This document shows, piece after piece, positions 26,770 through 38,755 of a DNA stretch of 64,000 nucleotides (position 1 is the first letter of the stretch; the number at the start of each line of letters is the position of its first letter). The notes under the pieces are model-generated. The model was given only the letters and a program-made list of their open reading frames with translations, had not been told where the DNA came from and did not search any database. The position numbers and the translations under genes were made by a program. Source of the stretch: Adineta vaga (Eukaryota > Animalia > Rotifera); assembly GCA_021613535.1 (NCBI GenBank), contig CP075493.1, forward strand, positions 16,864,001 to 16,928,000, written 5' to 3'.

Positions 26770-29313
26770 CCCCCCCCCCCCCCATATTAGAAGCCCACTG
26801 GGCTTCTAAACTGTCTATTACTTATAATTTTCTAAGTGGGCTTCTATTGTGGGGGGCTTCTAATACGACTTTTGTGTTAAATTTTCTAAAAAAACATAAG
26901 AAAATTGTTGTTTCAGTTATCTCGAGTTTTATTTAGAATAAGTTCAAAATTAATTACACAAAATCTTCTTAAGATAAATATAAGCACAAATAAATACTTT
27001 TATAAATTATAAGTTACAAAAAAAAAAAAAAAAGAAAGTAGTTTGAAAGTAACTAGTTTACTTTACCTACTTTTTCCATAAGTCAGTTAATTTTAATTGT
27101 TTATTTTTTTCATTTAATATAATTTTATCTTGTTCTGCAGCTAATGTAGCTGCATTTTGAATTTGTTCTTCATCATCGTCTTCATTAATATTTAATGATA
27201 GACAATTGACTACAGATGGATCATACGTATAATTTTGAAGAGTTCTATTAAAAAAACTTAGAAATGTCTTACTTTCGAAATAAACCATTCATTATATTTG
27301 TTCATTGTTATAGTGTTAATAACACTTTCTGGAGTAAAGAACACTTTAATACCATTAGCATATTGTTTTTGTTCATTAGGCGAAATATGACCCTTTCCTT
27401 TGAATAACAACACAGGATCAACACGTTGATCTTCGCCTGAGACTGTAAGAATAACCGTGCAAAATCTCTAAATGAAGAAACGAAATAAAATAACAAATAG
27501 AATAATTTTTTACATACCTTTTCTAAAAATATGACGTGTCTACCGCTAGCTTCTGAAACTTAACGAAGACTTGTGATTATATTTAGTTGTTCTTGGAGAA
27601 GAATATGTATATCTGATAACGCAAACTTTAACTAGGTCTGAAGCCTGTCAGGTCAGCGTTGTAAAGATCTACAAAAACTTCTCTGTAAGTTGTATACAAA
27701 AACTCACGACGAATGAACAAGTTAAATTTGTTGTGTATTGTAAAAAAAGAAAAGTACTCACTTTATTACTTAAACATCCTTCTACTTCATTACAAGTGTT
27801 GATATCATTAATTGAGCGTTTTGCTTGATCGCCGAATAATGCCAGTGGAGATTCATCCATGTTAAAAACGTCACGTGGAGTAAAGGCCCCCATTGGGCCA
27901 CGTTTTGGAGCCCATCGACTAGCTCGTCGTAGATAATTATAGAATGAAGTAGCTTTTTGATGAACTTCGTCGAGTGGAATTTTTTGTTGTCGTTTTGGAC
28001 GTTGAAGAGAAAGTCGATGGCGAACGAGAAAACGACCAAACCATTTTGATGATGGACATGGGTGATTTAATTCTTGGCTTATTTGTCGTCCACGACGTTG
28101 AAGATAACGAAATGTCACTTTTTCTTTACGAATATCAGTAATAGGTGTTGTTGTTGATCCAGGAGCAGTACGTTTTTGACGATACCAGGTAAGTAAACGA
28201 GAATCAAGGTCCACATAAATTAATTTTTTACCAGCTCCATTACGACGCATGCGTTTTTTACCTGAAGAAAAAAAAATAGAGATTGTTTTACTTTTTAAAT
28301 GTAATAAAAATGAACTCCTCACCTTTCTTTTGAGATGACAATTTTATTAATTCATCTTTGTTCTTGATCCACATACGAAGTTGTTTTGTAGCACATCCGA
28401 TATCGTTGGCTGTTTTAGATTTGTTGTTGTTTTTTTCGAAGTAGATGATCGCATTTAATTTTTCATTTACGGTCCATTGACGTCGCTTACGTTTATTAAT
28501 GGTGGTTGATGTTGACGAAGAGGTAGTATCGACAATGCTGTTGTTATTAGAAGATGCAGCTTGATGAGATGATTGTAATAATTCTTCTTCATCACTGGAT
28601 GACTCTGACGACGAATAATTAACGAGTAATGCAGGTTGAGTCGAAGAATAATTATCATCGCTATCATCGTCACTGTCCGAATTAAGTTGTAAATAATTAG
28701 TCCATTTGATTAATTCATATTCATTTTCATCGACAATAGACATAACTTCAACGCTGGAATCATTATCGGAACTGGATTCGTCTAATAGTGAGTTTGTAAT
28801 AACGCCTGGTAACGGCGCTAGATGCTCTTCGATTTGATACATAGTTAATGGATATACAATTCAAGAAAAAATATTTTAATTGAATGACATGTGAACAATG
28901 CCGTCGGAATATACTTTGTATGAATATGTCTATTCAGCCTATTCATTCTGTGCATTTCTCTCTTTCAAAAGATTAGATTATGAAACATCTGAAGATGTGT
29001 CCGATTGATTGTTATGTATTAATTTTGTCGTTGTTAAATAAGATCAAAGAATTGTTCTGTCATGTACATCAATGCTTGTTTGATATCTAATTTCAACATT
29101 GAATTGCTTTGACTTTACTTTACATCCATACATTCGAAGTTCGAATGTATGAATGTTCAGAAGAAAATTGATAAATTTTGAAAAAAAATTCTAAATCTCG
29201 GACTTAATACAAGCCCATGGGCTTCTAATACATCTTTCATATTGCTCCTTCCAAAGGGGGCTTCTAATATGGGGGGGCTTCTAATATGGGGTGGGCTTCT
29301 ATTATAGGGGGGG
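26770..29313 (-). mobile_element. Internally deleted pogo/Tigger-like DNA transposon
   Basis: Ends are poly-C atattagaagccca and gggcttctattata poly-G, with gggcttctaata motifs repeated at both ends; encloses transposase exons. Confidence 0.8.
27762..28842 (-). pseudogene. pogo-like transposase: HTH plus CENP-B/Tc5 HTH and start of the DDE domain, truncated
   Basis: Exons 28842-28323 and 28261-27762 (61 bp intron). RKRRQWTVNEKLNAI...LRMWIKNK; LDSRLLTWY...SSKWFGRFLVRHRLS; FNMDESPL. The rest of the DDE domain is not found. Confidence 0.8.
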
Positions 29314-29469
29314 TTTAGTCAACAGACATAGCAAAAGTCATCAAAAGTACTGTCTATCGAAATTTTCGCTAAGAAAATGTTTCAACAAAATTTTACTGTT
29401 TTTATCAAAAAATCTCCAGTTTGAAAAATAACTGTGCTCGGCATTTGTAACATATTGTTATGATAAACT

Positions 29470-29826
29470 GATCACACAAGTTACACTATATGAGAAAACC
29501 AAGCGTATCTAACTGTTTTCGTCGATATAGCTGAAGTTCGCAACAAAACATTTAGCATATTCTGAATCAATGCAAAATGTCTGCCCTATACTAACTATTT
29601 TCTCAAAAACTGATTGTTCTGTCTCTCAGGTCCGCTTTTTTTGAAAACTACATTGAAGTTCGCTCAAGGTAAACTTAAAAAATTAATTTTTGAGAAAATA
29701 GCTAGTATAGTGCGGACATTTTGCATTGATTCAGAATATGCTAAATGTTTTGTTGCGAACTTCAGCTATATCGACGAAAACAGTTAGATACGCTTGGTTT
29801 TCTCATATAGTGTAACTTGTGTGATC
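29470..29826. repeat. Foldback/MITE: about 140 bp near-perfect inverted arms with a roughly 77 bp spacer
   Basis: gatcacacaagttacac...ttctcaaaaa (29470-29609) versus 29687-29826. Confidence 0.9.
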
Positions 29827-30832
29827 CATAATAAATACTGGTGGATCCTATTTTGTCTCTTGGATAATACGTCAAACGAGGTAGAATTGCACACGCTATT
29901 AGAACATATAGCTTTCTTTACAAGAACTTATTCTCCGAACTAATATAAGGGTAGAAATGTACCAATCTCAAACGGTTTCAAGTGTAGTGGTGTAACGAGG
30001 GCCCGGCACCGCGATTTTTTGCCAGGATACTGCGGAAAATGTTTGCTTAGATATTAGATTTCTTTACTATATAGTAGTAGTGTTGGTTACACATGACTCA
30101 CGAGTGAGACAAAAATTTTGCAACATTTTCTGTTTTCGATCTACCTTCCCTTAAAAAAACGATTAGATCTTGATTTTTCTTCAAAAGATACGTCATGAAA
30201 AACTGCACGAAAAGTATAGAACAATTCTCTATCACTGTTATAGGTGGTGTTTCCCACATTCAATATGATTAACATGTATACTCCTACCGTGTGCCAGTAT
30301 GATATTATATGTGTGCAGGCGGCTGATACTCCAAAGAGATACAACGTACGTTACTTCAATAGAGCTAAGAGAAATAATCCTATCACTATTTGCGTACCCA
30401 GCTATTTCAATTTCGAGTAGAGGTGTTACTTTATCTTTGCCTTATAAAATAATCATAAAGAATAAGGATGATCATTTTTTTTCAATAAAGATAAAAATTT
30501 TTCGTTAATTTATTCTTTGTTGTAAAGTAGAATAAAAATAAAGTAACACCCCTAATCTACAGCACTATTTAAAGTTCACAGCTCTTCCTAAATCATAGAA
30601 AGATAAGTCGACTACAAAGTTAGTTGATAATAATTTGCTTTTCAAATTTTTTGACACGCATTTGCCTAATTATAAATAATTGAAAACTCATACTTATATC
30701 GACTCTTCACTCCAAAAAAAGATTATATATTTAATTATGACAGTAGTCTTTAATTGCTTTCAAATAAATATTATTAGTTAATGGCAGTTCTAAAACTAAA
30801 ATGGTTTGTTGGCAAATGAGCGACGATCATGA

Positions 30833-32464
30833 TTACTTTGTGAGACAAAAGCCTTCATAGTCATTTATCGCGATTTGCTCACATTTATCCATGTACACAT
30901 CGAAACCTCCTACATAAGGCACAAAAACTCGTGGTTTCCCGGCTATATTCGTTCCATTGTACCATGACTTTGCTGTTCGAAATAATGTGCTTTCGGCAAC
31001 GTCGTTCACGTGTTTAATCCAAGCATCTTCTGCTTCAATAGTAGGATCTATCGTCTTGATGTTATGTTTTTGTAGATACTGGAGACATTTTGTTATCCAT
31101 TTAACATGTTCCTCGATGTGTGGAACCATATTAGCTAAGTCGGAAGGGCTACCCGGACCGGTAATAGTAAATAAGTTAGGAAAATCGGCAATCATGAGAC
31201 CTAGATAAGTGCGCCATCCATTTATCCATTTTTCTCTGAGTGTCTTGCCTGAATGACCTCGGATATCTATGTTAAGCAAAGCACCAGTGAATGCATCAAA
31301 TCCAAGAGCAAGCACAATATCATCAACTTGATAACTCTTATTACCAACTCGGATTGCTGTAGGCTGAATTTCACTGATGCCTCTATAGCGAAGATCAACA
31401 AGTGTAATGTTATCGCGATTGAAAGTCTCATAATACTGAATATCACTACAGGGACGTTTGATACCAAAAAGATGATCATATGGCAACATGAGTCTGGCAG
31501 TAGCAGGATTTTTGACAGTCGCACGTATTTTGGAACAAATAAAATTAGATACTGTGTCATTGGCTTCCTTGTTAATATATAAGTCATTGAATGGTAGTAT
31601 AAGCGACATTCCACCACCTTTCCATGCCGATTCATACACTTCTTGCCGCTCTTCAGATGTCACACTTAACGCTGAGCAGTTTTTAGAATCAACTAAAAGG
31701 GCTCCGCTCGTCCGCAGAATATCGCGTCGAAGTTGGTCATAGTTTGATTTCCATTGTTGCACTTCTTCCGGATCGAGTGGAGTATTGTTTAACGGAATGC
31801 TATAGTTGGGTGATCGTTGAAATACATAAACATGATCAGCCTCTTTCGTGATGATCGGAATGCATTGTATACCAGACGGTCCTGTTCCGATGACAGCTAC
31901 ACGACGGCCAGTGAAGCTAACATTTTCATGCGGCCATTTGCTAGTGCTATAGATATTACCTGTGAAGGTTTCAAGTCCTTTGATATCAGGAGTTTTCGGG
32001 ACAGAAAGACAACCCGTTGCCATAATGCAGAACTTAGCCGACAACCAATCACTGCGATCTGTCTTTATCTCCCAACGCAACGTGGTCTTGTCAAAAATGG
32101 CAGAGATCACACGAGTGTTTAGTTGGATGTCTTTACGCAGATCAAATTTATCAGCAACATGATTTAAATATCGTAAAATCTCAGGCTGTGTAGCAAAGCG
32201 TTCCGACCAATTCCAGTTCTGTTGTAGTTCATCGGAGAAAGAATATGAGTATTGCATACTCTCGACATCACATCGCGCTCCCGGATACCGATTCCAGTGC
32301 CATGTACCACCCACTCCATCAGCAGTTTCAAAGAGTTTTGCTGTGAATCCATGCTCTCGTAAATGATGTAACATGCACAGTCCAGCAAATCCAGCACCGA
32401 CAATTACGGCATCAATCGTGTCGAGACACTTGTTAATTTCATTCACGCCTTGCTGACAGCTCAT
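30833..32464 (-). CDS. Type I Baeyer-Villiger monooxygenase (PAMO/CHMO/steroid monooxygenase family), intronless
   Basis: 543 aa; GAGFAG, GGTWHWNRYPGARCD, FTGNIYSTSKWP, VIGTGPSG, FQRSPNY, KRP, FPNLFTITGPGSP and SWYNGTNIAGKPR. Confidence 0.95.
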   Translation of the reverse strand: MSCQQGVNEINKCLDTIDAVIVGAGFAGLCMLHHLREHGFTAKLFETADGVGGTWHWNRYPGARCDVESMQYSYSFSDELQQNWNWSERFATQPEILRYLNHVADKFDLRKDIQLNTRVISAIFDKTTLRWEIKTDRSDWLSAKFCIMATGCLSVPKTPDIKGLETFTGNIYSTSKWPHENVSFTGRRVAVIGTGPSGIQCIPIITKEADHVYVFQRSPNYSIPLNNTPLDPEEVQQWKSNYDQLRRDILRTSGALLVDSKNCSALSVTSEERQEVYESAWKGGGMSLILPFNDLYINKEANDTVSNFICSKIRATVKNPATARLMLPYDHLFGIKRPCSDIQYYETFNRDNITLVDLRYRGISEIQPTAIRVGNKSYQVDDIVLALGFDAFTGALLNIDIRGHSGKTLREKWINGWRTYLGLMIADFPNLFTITGPGSPSDLANMVPHIEEHVKWITKCLQYLQKHNIKTIDPTIEAEDAWIKHVNDVAESTLFRTAKSWYNGTNIAGKPRVFVPYVGGFDVYMDKCEQIAINDYEGFCLTK

Positions 32465-34338
32465 AGTGTTAGCAGTATGTGACTATCTCTAAAACAGAAT
32501 GCAATGAATAGCAACATTATAGCACAATCATGCTGGTTCCGTATACGAGTCACCGGACGTAAGCTACGAGTATTGTAGCTCAAACGGGGCGAGAAGTTCC
32601 TGAGATATATACAGCACAACTGTAGGGAATTGGTCCTATGCCAAAAAGTTCAAAATTCGGGTGTGGGTGTTTTTAGTGAAGTGTGTGTAGTACTGATCAA
32701 CGAAAACTTGGGAATAAGGTGCTTTGAATAAATTTCAGTGTCGTCAAGAAAACAGCACATCGTTGATAGTATTTTTTGGTAAAATTGTTAAAAAAGAGAG
32801 CTGAGATGAACCACAGCTCACTTTGTGACGAGATTTTTCGTTCCAATTGCATGCGAACCAATGCGGTTTTTAGCACTGATTTTGATAACATAACTAATTT
32901 GGTATACAATTGTCTTACCGGAATGAAAATCGCTAAAATTGTTTCATATTTATCGATAAACCATCAAAAAAATAGCAAATTATGAGAGTGATCTGAGCTC
33001 TTTTTTTCTCCAAGCAAACTTTTCTCAAACGTCCTAGGAACCATTTTGTAGCGAAGGAAAAAAAATTACCCAACATATGTAAAATTCAATCTAGGTTTAC
33101 AAGCTATAGTTGAATGGCTGTTGATACACTGGGAAAAATTCACTTATATTTCACTCCAGAACTGACTAGTGACCAACAGTATCCTATAGATAACTATGAA
33201 GCAGTTCGTGAAAATCTAATGTGTAAATATGACATTTAGTTCAGTTTTCGACGCTCTATCTCATGGTATATTACAAGAAATATTTCATCGATTTGATATC
33301 ATTAAAAACATCTTAACTTTCCAGAACTGGTTTTTCAGAATATTTTACAAAAATGCTTCGTGAGTGTTCGACAAAACGCACTAAAAATTTAGGCCTACAG
33401 ACTTTAGATGATGCTGAAAAAGTGACAATATAAAATCAAATATTTTAGTTTTCACGAGTGCTTTGATTTCTCGATAGTCTTATCAGTGCTTTCTAGAAAA
33501 CATTTATACAGTAAATACTTTATCAATACTTTAGAATCCAACGGTTTTCTTTTCCTCGCACACATCATGGAAAAGCTTGTCAGCGCAGCTCCTTTCGAGC
33601 TAAAATGTGGAATTCACGTTGCTTATTTTAGAGCAATTTCTGAATTCGACAGTGTTTTATTCTTAAGAATAACACCCTCAAGATGGAAAATATTACGAAT
33701 TAAGCTATGTCGAAGAAAAAAGGTTTTCTCAATTTATATCGTTTTTTGAGGGTATGGAAGGAACTGGCATGTAAATATGCTACCCTTACCTGCATTCATA
33801 TTATCACCCTCACTCAGTCTATGCGATTTTAACATTTGAAAGGAAGTGGAGTGGGAGGAGATTTTCCTCGTGGCTCCATCGGATGTGATGAACGGTGACT
33901 TGTTTCTATTGAAAAAATATGTCTAGTCGTTCTCTATGTGCACTGGAAAACGCTTCTACAAATGACTTGTCCATTTTTGGGAGAGGGCCCAAAAAATTCC
34001 TCGACTTAAAACTTACACTCTATCATTTTTCTTCGACAAATATATGTGAGCTCCATAAAATCACGTTTTTATGGTATGTTCCTCATAATTCAGTAGCTGT
34101 ATTAGATGCACAACTGCAACTGAATACGGATGTGAAACAGTCGGACGGTAATAACATGTAAAAACATTACCGAAATCCATCAAGAAGAACAAAAGCTATT
34201 GGTACAATACAGTTAGAAGCAGAATTCCACCAGAAACAGTTGAAGTTTAGTCATATGTAAAAGTTGACTTTATGCTTGTCACCCTTACGATCGCCACTTA
34301 TTCATAATACTCTAATAAAACACAGGGAACAGATGAAA

Positions 34339-35808
34339 GAGGCGTAAAAGAACCTACTGTAGTCCCATTGTAGTTTTGTCGACCTGTCTCAAGCAATGAT
34401 ACATAAGGTGAAACAACATGTTGAGGGTGATATTTTGGTGCTAATTCATTAGATTTCTTTTTATCGAAATTTTCAAAAAGAACACTGTTAAGTAAGTTAT
34501 CTTTTTTATCGTCAGTCCAAAAGTAGATTCTTCCACAGGAACTCTATTTTAGAGCAAATGAACAGGAAAAATGGTTCTAAAATGAAGCATTTAATAGCTT
34601 GTGATATGACTTCAATTGTATATATGAATAATTCATTGACTGTTTGATTCGATGGAACGTGGGTGCGATAAATTAACAGACACTAGTAATATAAGCTGTA
34701 TATTTATTATATTTCAACAAATGCTACGTCGTGAAAACTGAGCTACCGGTAATTTCTATATTACTCATTGGACAGTCCATTTCAAAAGCTATAGAACCGT
34801 ATACTTTCTAAAGTCTGAAAAGTTGTACCTGGTTAGAAAACTTCGGGGCTATATTATGTTCGGGCATGATTTTTCCTGTTTTTTTACTATTAGTGAGCCT
34901 ATTTCCTTCGAGAAAACGAGAGTCTATGTCAAGACTAGGTCGATTCATAGGTGTTTCAATTGTTTCTTTTTTTCATTTCTCACTTGCATGCCCTCAGACT
35001 ACCCTTAAAAAATTATTTCTTTTGAAATAATATTTTACCATTTAGTTCTTTGTTATTTACCTTTTACGGTCATTTTAGTACTTAAGCCTCTCTAGTTAAC
35101 GAAGTAAACGGCATTTTTAAGATAAATTATTTTTTGTTATAACGACTAAAGAATTTTTTTCAAAAGAAAGGAACTGTTAGAAGTAATTCGAAACACCTAT
35201 GAATCGATCTAGTCTTGACATAGACTCTCGTTTTCTCGAAGGAAATAGGCTCACTAATAGTAAAAAAACAGGAAAAATCATGCCCGAACATAATATAGCC
35301 CCGAAGTTTTCTAACCAGGTACAACTTTTCAGACTTTAGAAAGTATACGGTTCTATAGCTTTTGAAATGGACTGTCCAATGAGTAATATAGAAATTACCG
35401 GTAGCTCAGTTTTCACGACGTAGCATTTGTTGAAATATAATAAATATACAGCTTATATTACTAGTGTCTGTTAATTTATCGCACCCACGTTCCATCGAAT
35501 CAAACAGTCAATGAATTATTCATATATACAATTGAAGTCATATCACAAGCTATTAAATGCTTCATTTTAGAACCATTTTTCCTGTTCATTTGCTCTAAAA
35601 TAGAGTTCCTGTGGAAGAATCTACTTTTGGGCTGACGATAAAAAAGATAACTTACTTAACAGTGTTCTTTTTGAAAATTTCGATAAAAAGAAATCTAATG
35701 AATTAGCACCAAAATATCACCCTCAACATGTTGTTTCACCTTATGTATCATTGCTTGAGACAGGTCGACAAAACTACAATGGGACTACAGTAGATTCCTG
35801 TACGCCTC
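34339..35808. repeat. Long foldback: about 610 bp near-identical inverted arms, roughly 230 bp spacer
   Basis: 34354-34957 is the reverse complement of 35190-35793 with only isolated mismatches; a diverged terminal extension reads gaggcgta.../...tacgcctc. Confidence 0.93.
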
Positions 35809-36006
35809 CCTTTCCTTCAAATTGCCATCACTATTATAAGGAATACTGAAGGCAAGTGTCACCAATATAAATACGAGTGAAAATGATCCACTGACGTGCG
35901 TGCATATGGCTACACATTAATTATTGTCGTTATCATTTTTCATTTGTAAACAAGAAAAGTAAGAAGAAAAACAGAGATAAATAGTTTGCGTACTCTCCTT
36001 TTTTCA

Positions 36007-36680
36007 ACCGATTCTCACAGCTAGAAGACGACTTAAGAACGAACATCTCTTGGCGTCCCCTTCCGATTTCGGGAATTCCCTCGTATTAAGATAGCACACA
36101 ATGACCTATTAACAAGCTCAAAAAGATATGAGTTGATATTCTGTTGTAACAGAAACATCGACTTTTCAAAAGATCACATTTTTTTAAATCCCTGAGGGGA
36201 ATCTGAGGTTTGCAAAAAACAAAATTTTTATTTTAAATCTGATATTTTGACAAAGTGTGAGCGTAAGCTCAAGAGAGGGAAAGAGCGGAATCGTGATTCC
36301 CGGATTCCCATGGATCCTCTCTGATATTTCTCAAAATTCATAGAGATCTTGAAATTCTACAATTTAGGAGCCCCATCGAATCCGTCGGATTTTACAGAAT
36401 TCCGCTCTTTCCCTCTTGAGCTTAGGCTCACACTTTGACAAAATATCAGATTTAAAATCAAAACTTTATTTTTCTCCAAACCTCAGGTCTCCCAGAGGGG
36501 TTTCAAAATGTGTGATCTATTGAAAAGTCGATATTTCTGTTACAACAGAATATCAGCTCAATCCTTTTAAACTTGTTAATAGGTCATTACGTGTTGTCAA
36601 AATAGAAAGAAATTCCCGAAATTTGAAGGGGGACACAAAAGATGTTCGTTTGTAAGTCGTTTTCAAGCTGTGGGAATCGG
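36007..36680. repeat. Diverged foldback element (about 285 bp arms)
   Basis: ccgattctcacagct...gaaagagcggaat versus attccgctctttccc...agctgtgggaatcgg. Confidence 0.85.
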
Positions 36681-36756
36681 GTGTGGGTATAAATCATAAG
36701 ACTCTCATTCACCCTCACCGACATCCTTTCTTTAATAACGACATGGAATTAGTAAT

Positions 36757-37503
36757 TTATCTTGTTTTAGTTGGCGCTCGTATTTTTCCTTCCATTTCGA
36801 CCATGTTTTCGTTGAGAAATCGCTGGTATGAAATGAAGAAGTCTGATCGTGGTTATTAGGTGTTACTTCATTATAACGACGCCCAACTATTTTTCATCGC
36901 TAATAGCGACGTGCGATCGATTTGATTTTAGTGATGATTTATAGCTAATTTTCACCCTGAATAACGACGGAATAGTGATTTTTGTGTCAAATAATGTTTA
37001 TAAGCTATTCTGGAACCCTAATAACGAGGACATTGGATTTTCAAAGTATAATAAAGGGTTTATAAATGTTTTTCAAGTGATGTTTACAATTTGTAAAACA
37101 ACTCTAAATATTTTTTGGCAGACCTCTGTCGTTGATCTGCATTTCTTTTTGCAAAAACTATCGATATCAAACAGTTGAGACAATTAATTATTGAAATTAA
37201 AACTGAACAAAATGCATTGTCGTCGTTATTAGGATTCCAAAATAACTTATAAATATTATTTGATACAAAAACCACTATTCCGTCGTTATTCAGCGTGAAA
37301 ATTAGCTGGGCGTCGCTATAATGAAGTAACACCTAAGAACGACGATCAGACTTCTTCATTTTATATCGGTGATTTCTCTACGAAAACATGGACGAAACAG
37401 AATAAAAATACATCGTTATAAAGAGCGTCATCGGAAGATCCCCAAAGCATAAAATAATTAGGAATCGGTCTTGAAAAATACGAGCGCCAACTAAAATAAG
37501 ATA
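36757..37503. repeat. Diverged foldback element with aataacgac repeats
   Basis: ttagttggcgctcgtattttt / aaaaatacgagcgccaactaa; gaagaagtctgatcg / cgatcagacttcttc; ctgaataacgacggaatagtg / cactattccgtcgttattcag. Confidence 0.8.
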
Positions 37504-37807
37504 CAGTACTGCAGAATAATGCTCTTCTGTATGGACGCCTCATCATGAAGAAAAGCAGCCTATGTTTTGACTCTGACGAAGTAGTGACTGTTACTGTTGA
37601 GAAGTATAAAGGAATGTTGATTTCGAATTCTTTCTGGCTGGAACAAATAGCTCGTATAATCGTTGACAAAGTATGGTCGTTAGCGAAGGTCGCTACAGTC
37701 AATAAACACATAAAATATTAACCTTTTGTTACGTAGTACATGAGTTGCACGATCTTTTCGGACAACCTGAGCTTTCTTTCAGATAAATAACACGAAATAT
37801 ATATTCC

Positions 37808-38755
37808 ATGACGAACAGAAAGTCAACAGAAAAAAATGATGAAAAGAATGTCAATGACACCAATAATAAGTTCGAATATCCATCTTTTCTATTGTGTCCA
37901 CCTACGATGTATTCAGAACGAATTCCTAATAATATTTGGATGAAAAATCTGACAGATGAACAACGTGCACCTGACTATAAAGTGGCTATGGAGCAATTTA
38001 TTGATTTATATAAAGTACTTGCTTCGAAATCTTTATTATACTTACTACCATCTCCAGATGATGTTCCTCTTCAAGATCTAGTGTTCACGGCAAATCTTGG
38101 TATAGTGTTAAGTCACTTACCTAATAGAAAAGTGGCAATTGTATCTAATTTTACTTCGGAACCAAGAAGAGGAGAAACTGAATTTGGTCTGAAATTCTTC
38201 AACACATTGGGATATGAGACATTTGTTCCCGAGACCAAATTCGAAGGTGAAGCTGACTTGAAATATTTGTATGACAATATTTATGTTGGAGGATATGGTA
38301 TGCGTTCTGAATTGGAAACATACAAGTGGATGGAGAAAATGTTTGACATGAAAATTATTTGTTTGAAAATGGGAGATGAATATTTGTACCATCTTGATTG
38401 TACCGTATTTCCACTGACCAGAAGCAAAGTATTAGTATGTACATCACTATATAGTGATGAGGAATTAAAGAATTTGGAAACATTTGCAGAAATTATTGCA
38501 ATTGATTATGAGTCAGCTCTTTCTGGTATATGTAACTCTGTTCGTGTTGGGAATGTTATTTTTAATTCTAATAATTTTAAACTATTCGAACCAGACACTA
38601 AAGATTTTAATAATGAAGTATTGAAAAATAGATGTTTAGAAAAAATCGCTGCCGACAATGGTTTGGAAGTTGAATTTATGGAACTGGATGAATATACAAA
38701 AAGTGGAGCTCTTTTGTCCTGTATGGTTTTGCATATGAATAGGAATAATTACTAA
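37808..38755 (+). CDS. Pentein (amidinotransferase/guanidino-hydrolase) superfamily protein, ArgZ/AgrE arginine-dihydrolase-like, intronless
   Basis: 315 aa; LLCPP..NNIWM, QDLVFTANLG, RRGE, FEGEAD, YHLDCTVFPL and KSGALLSCMVL (Cys-His-Glu triad). Confidence 0.85.
   Translation: MTNRKSTEKNDEKNVNDTNNKFEYPSFLLCPPTMYSERIPNNIWMKNLTDEQRAPDYKVAMEQFIDLYKVLASKSLLYLLPSPDDVPLQDLVFTANLGIVLSHLPNRKVAIVSNFTSEPRRGETEFGLKFFNTLGYETFVPETKFEGEADLKYLYDNIYVGGYGMRSELETYKWMEKMFDMKIICLKMGDEYLYHLDCTVFPLTRSKVLVCTSLYSDEELKNLETFAEIIAIDYESALSGICNSVRVGNVIFNSNNFKLFEPDTKDFNNEVLKNRCLEKIAADNGLEVEFMELDEYTKSGALLSCMVLHMNRNNY

Noticed and set aside
30957-32403. Multiple antisense and alternate-frame ORFs over the BVMO (and similar ones over the NRPS and pentein genes)
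   Set aside because: Shadow ORFs of real coding sequence.
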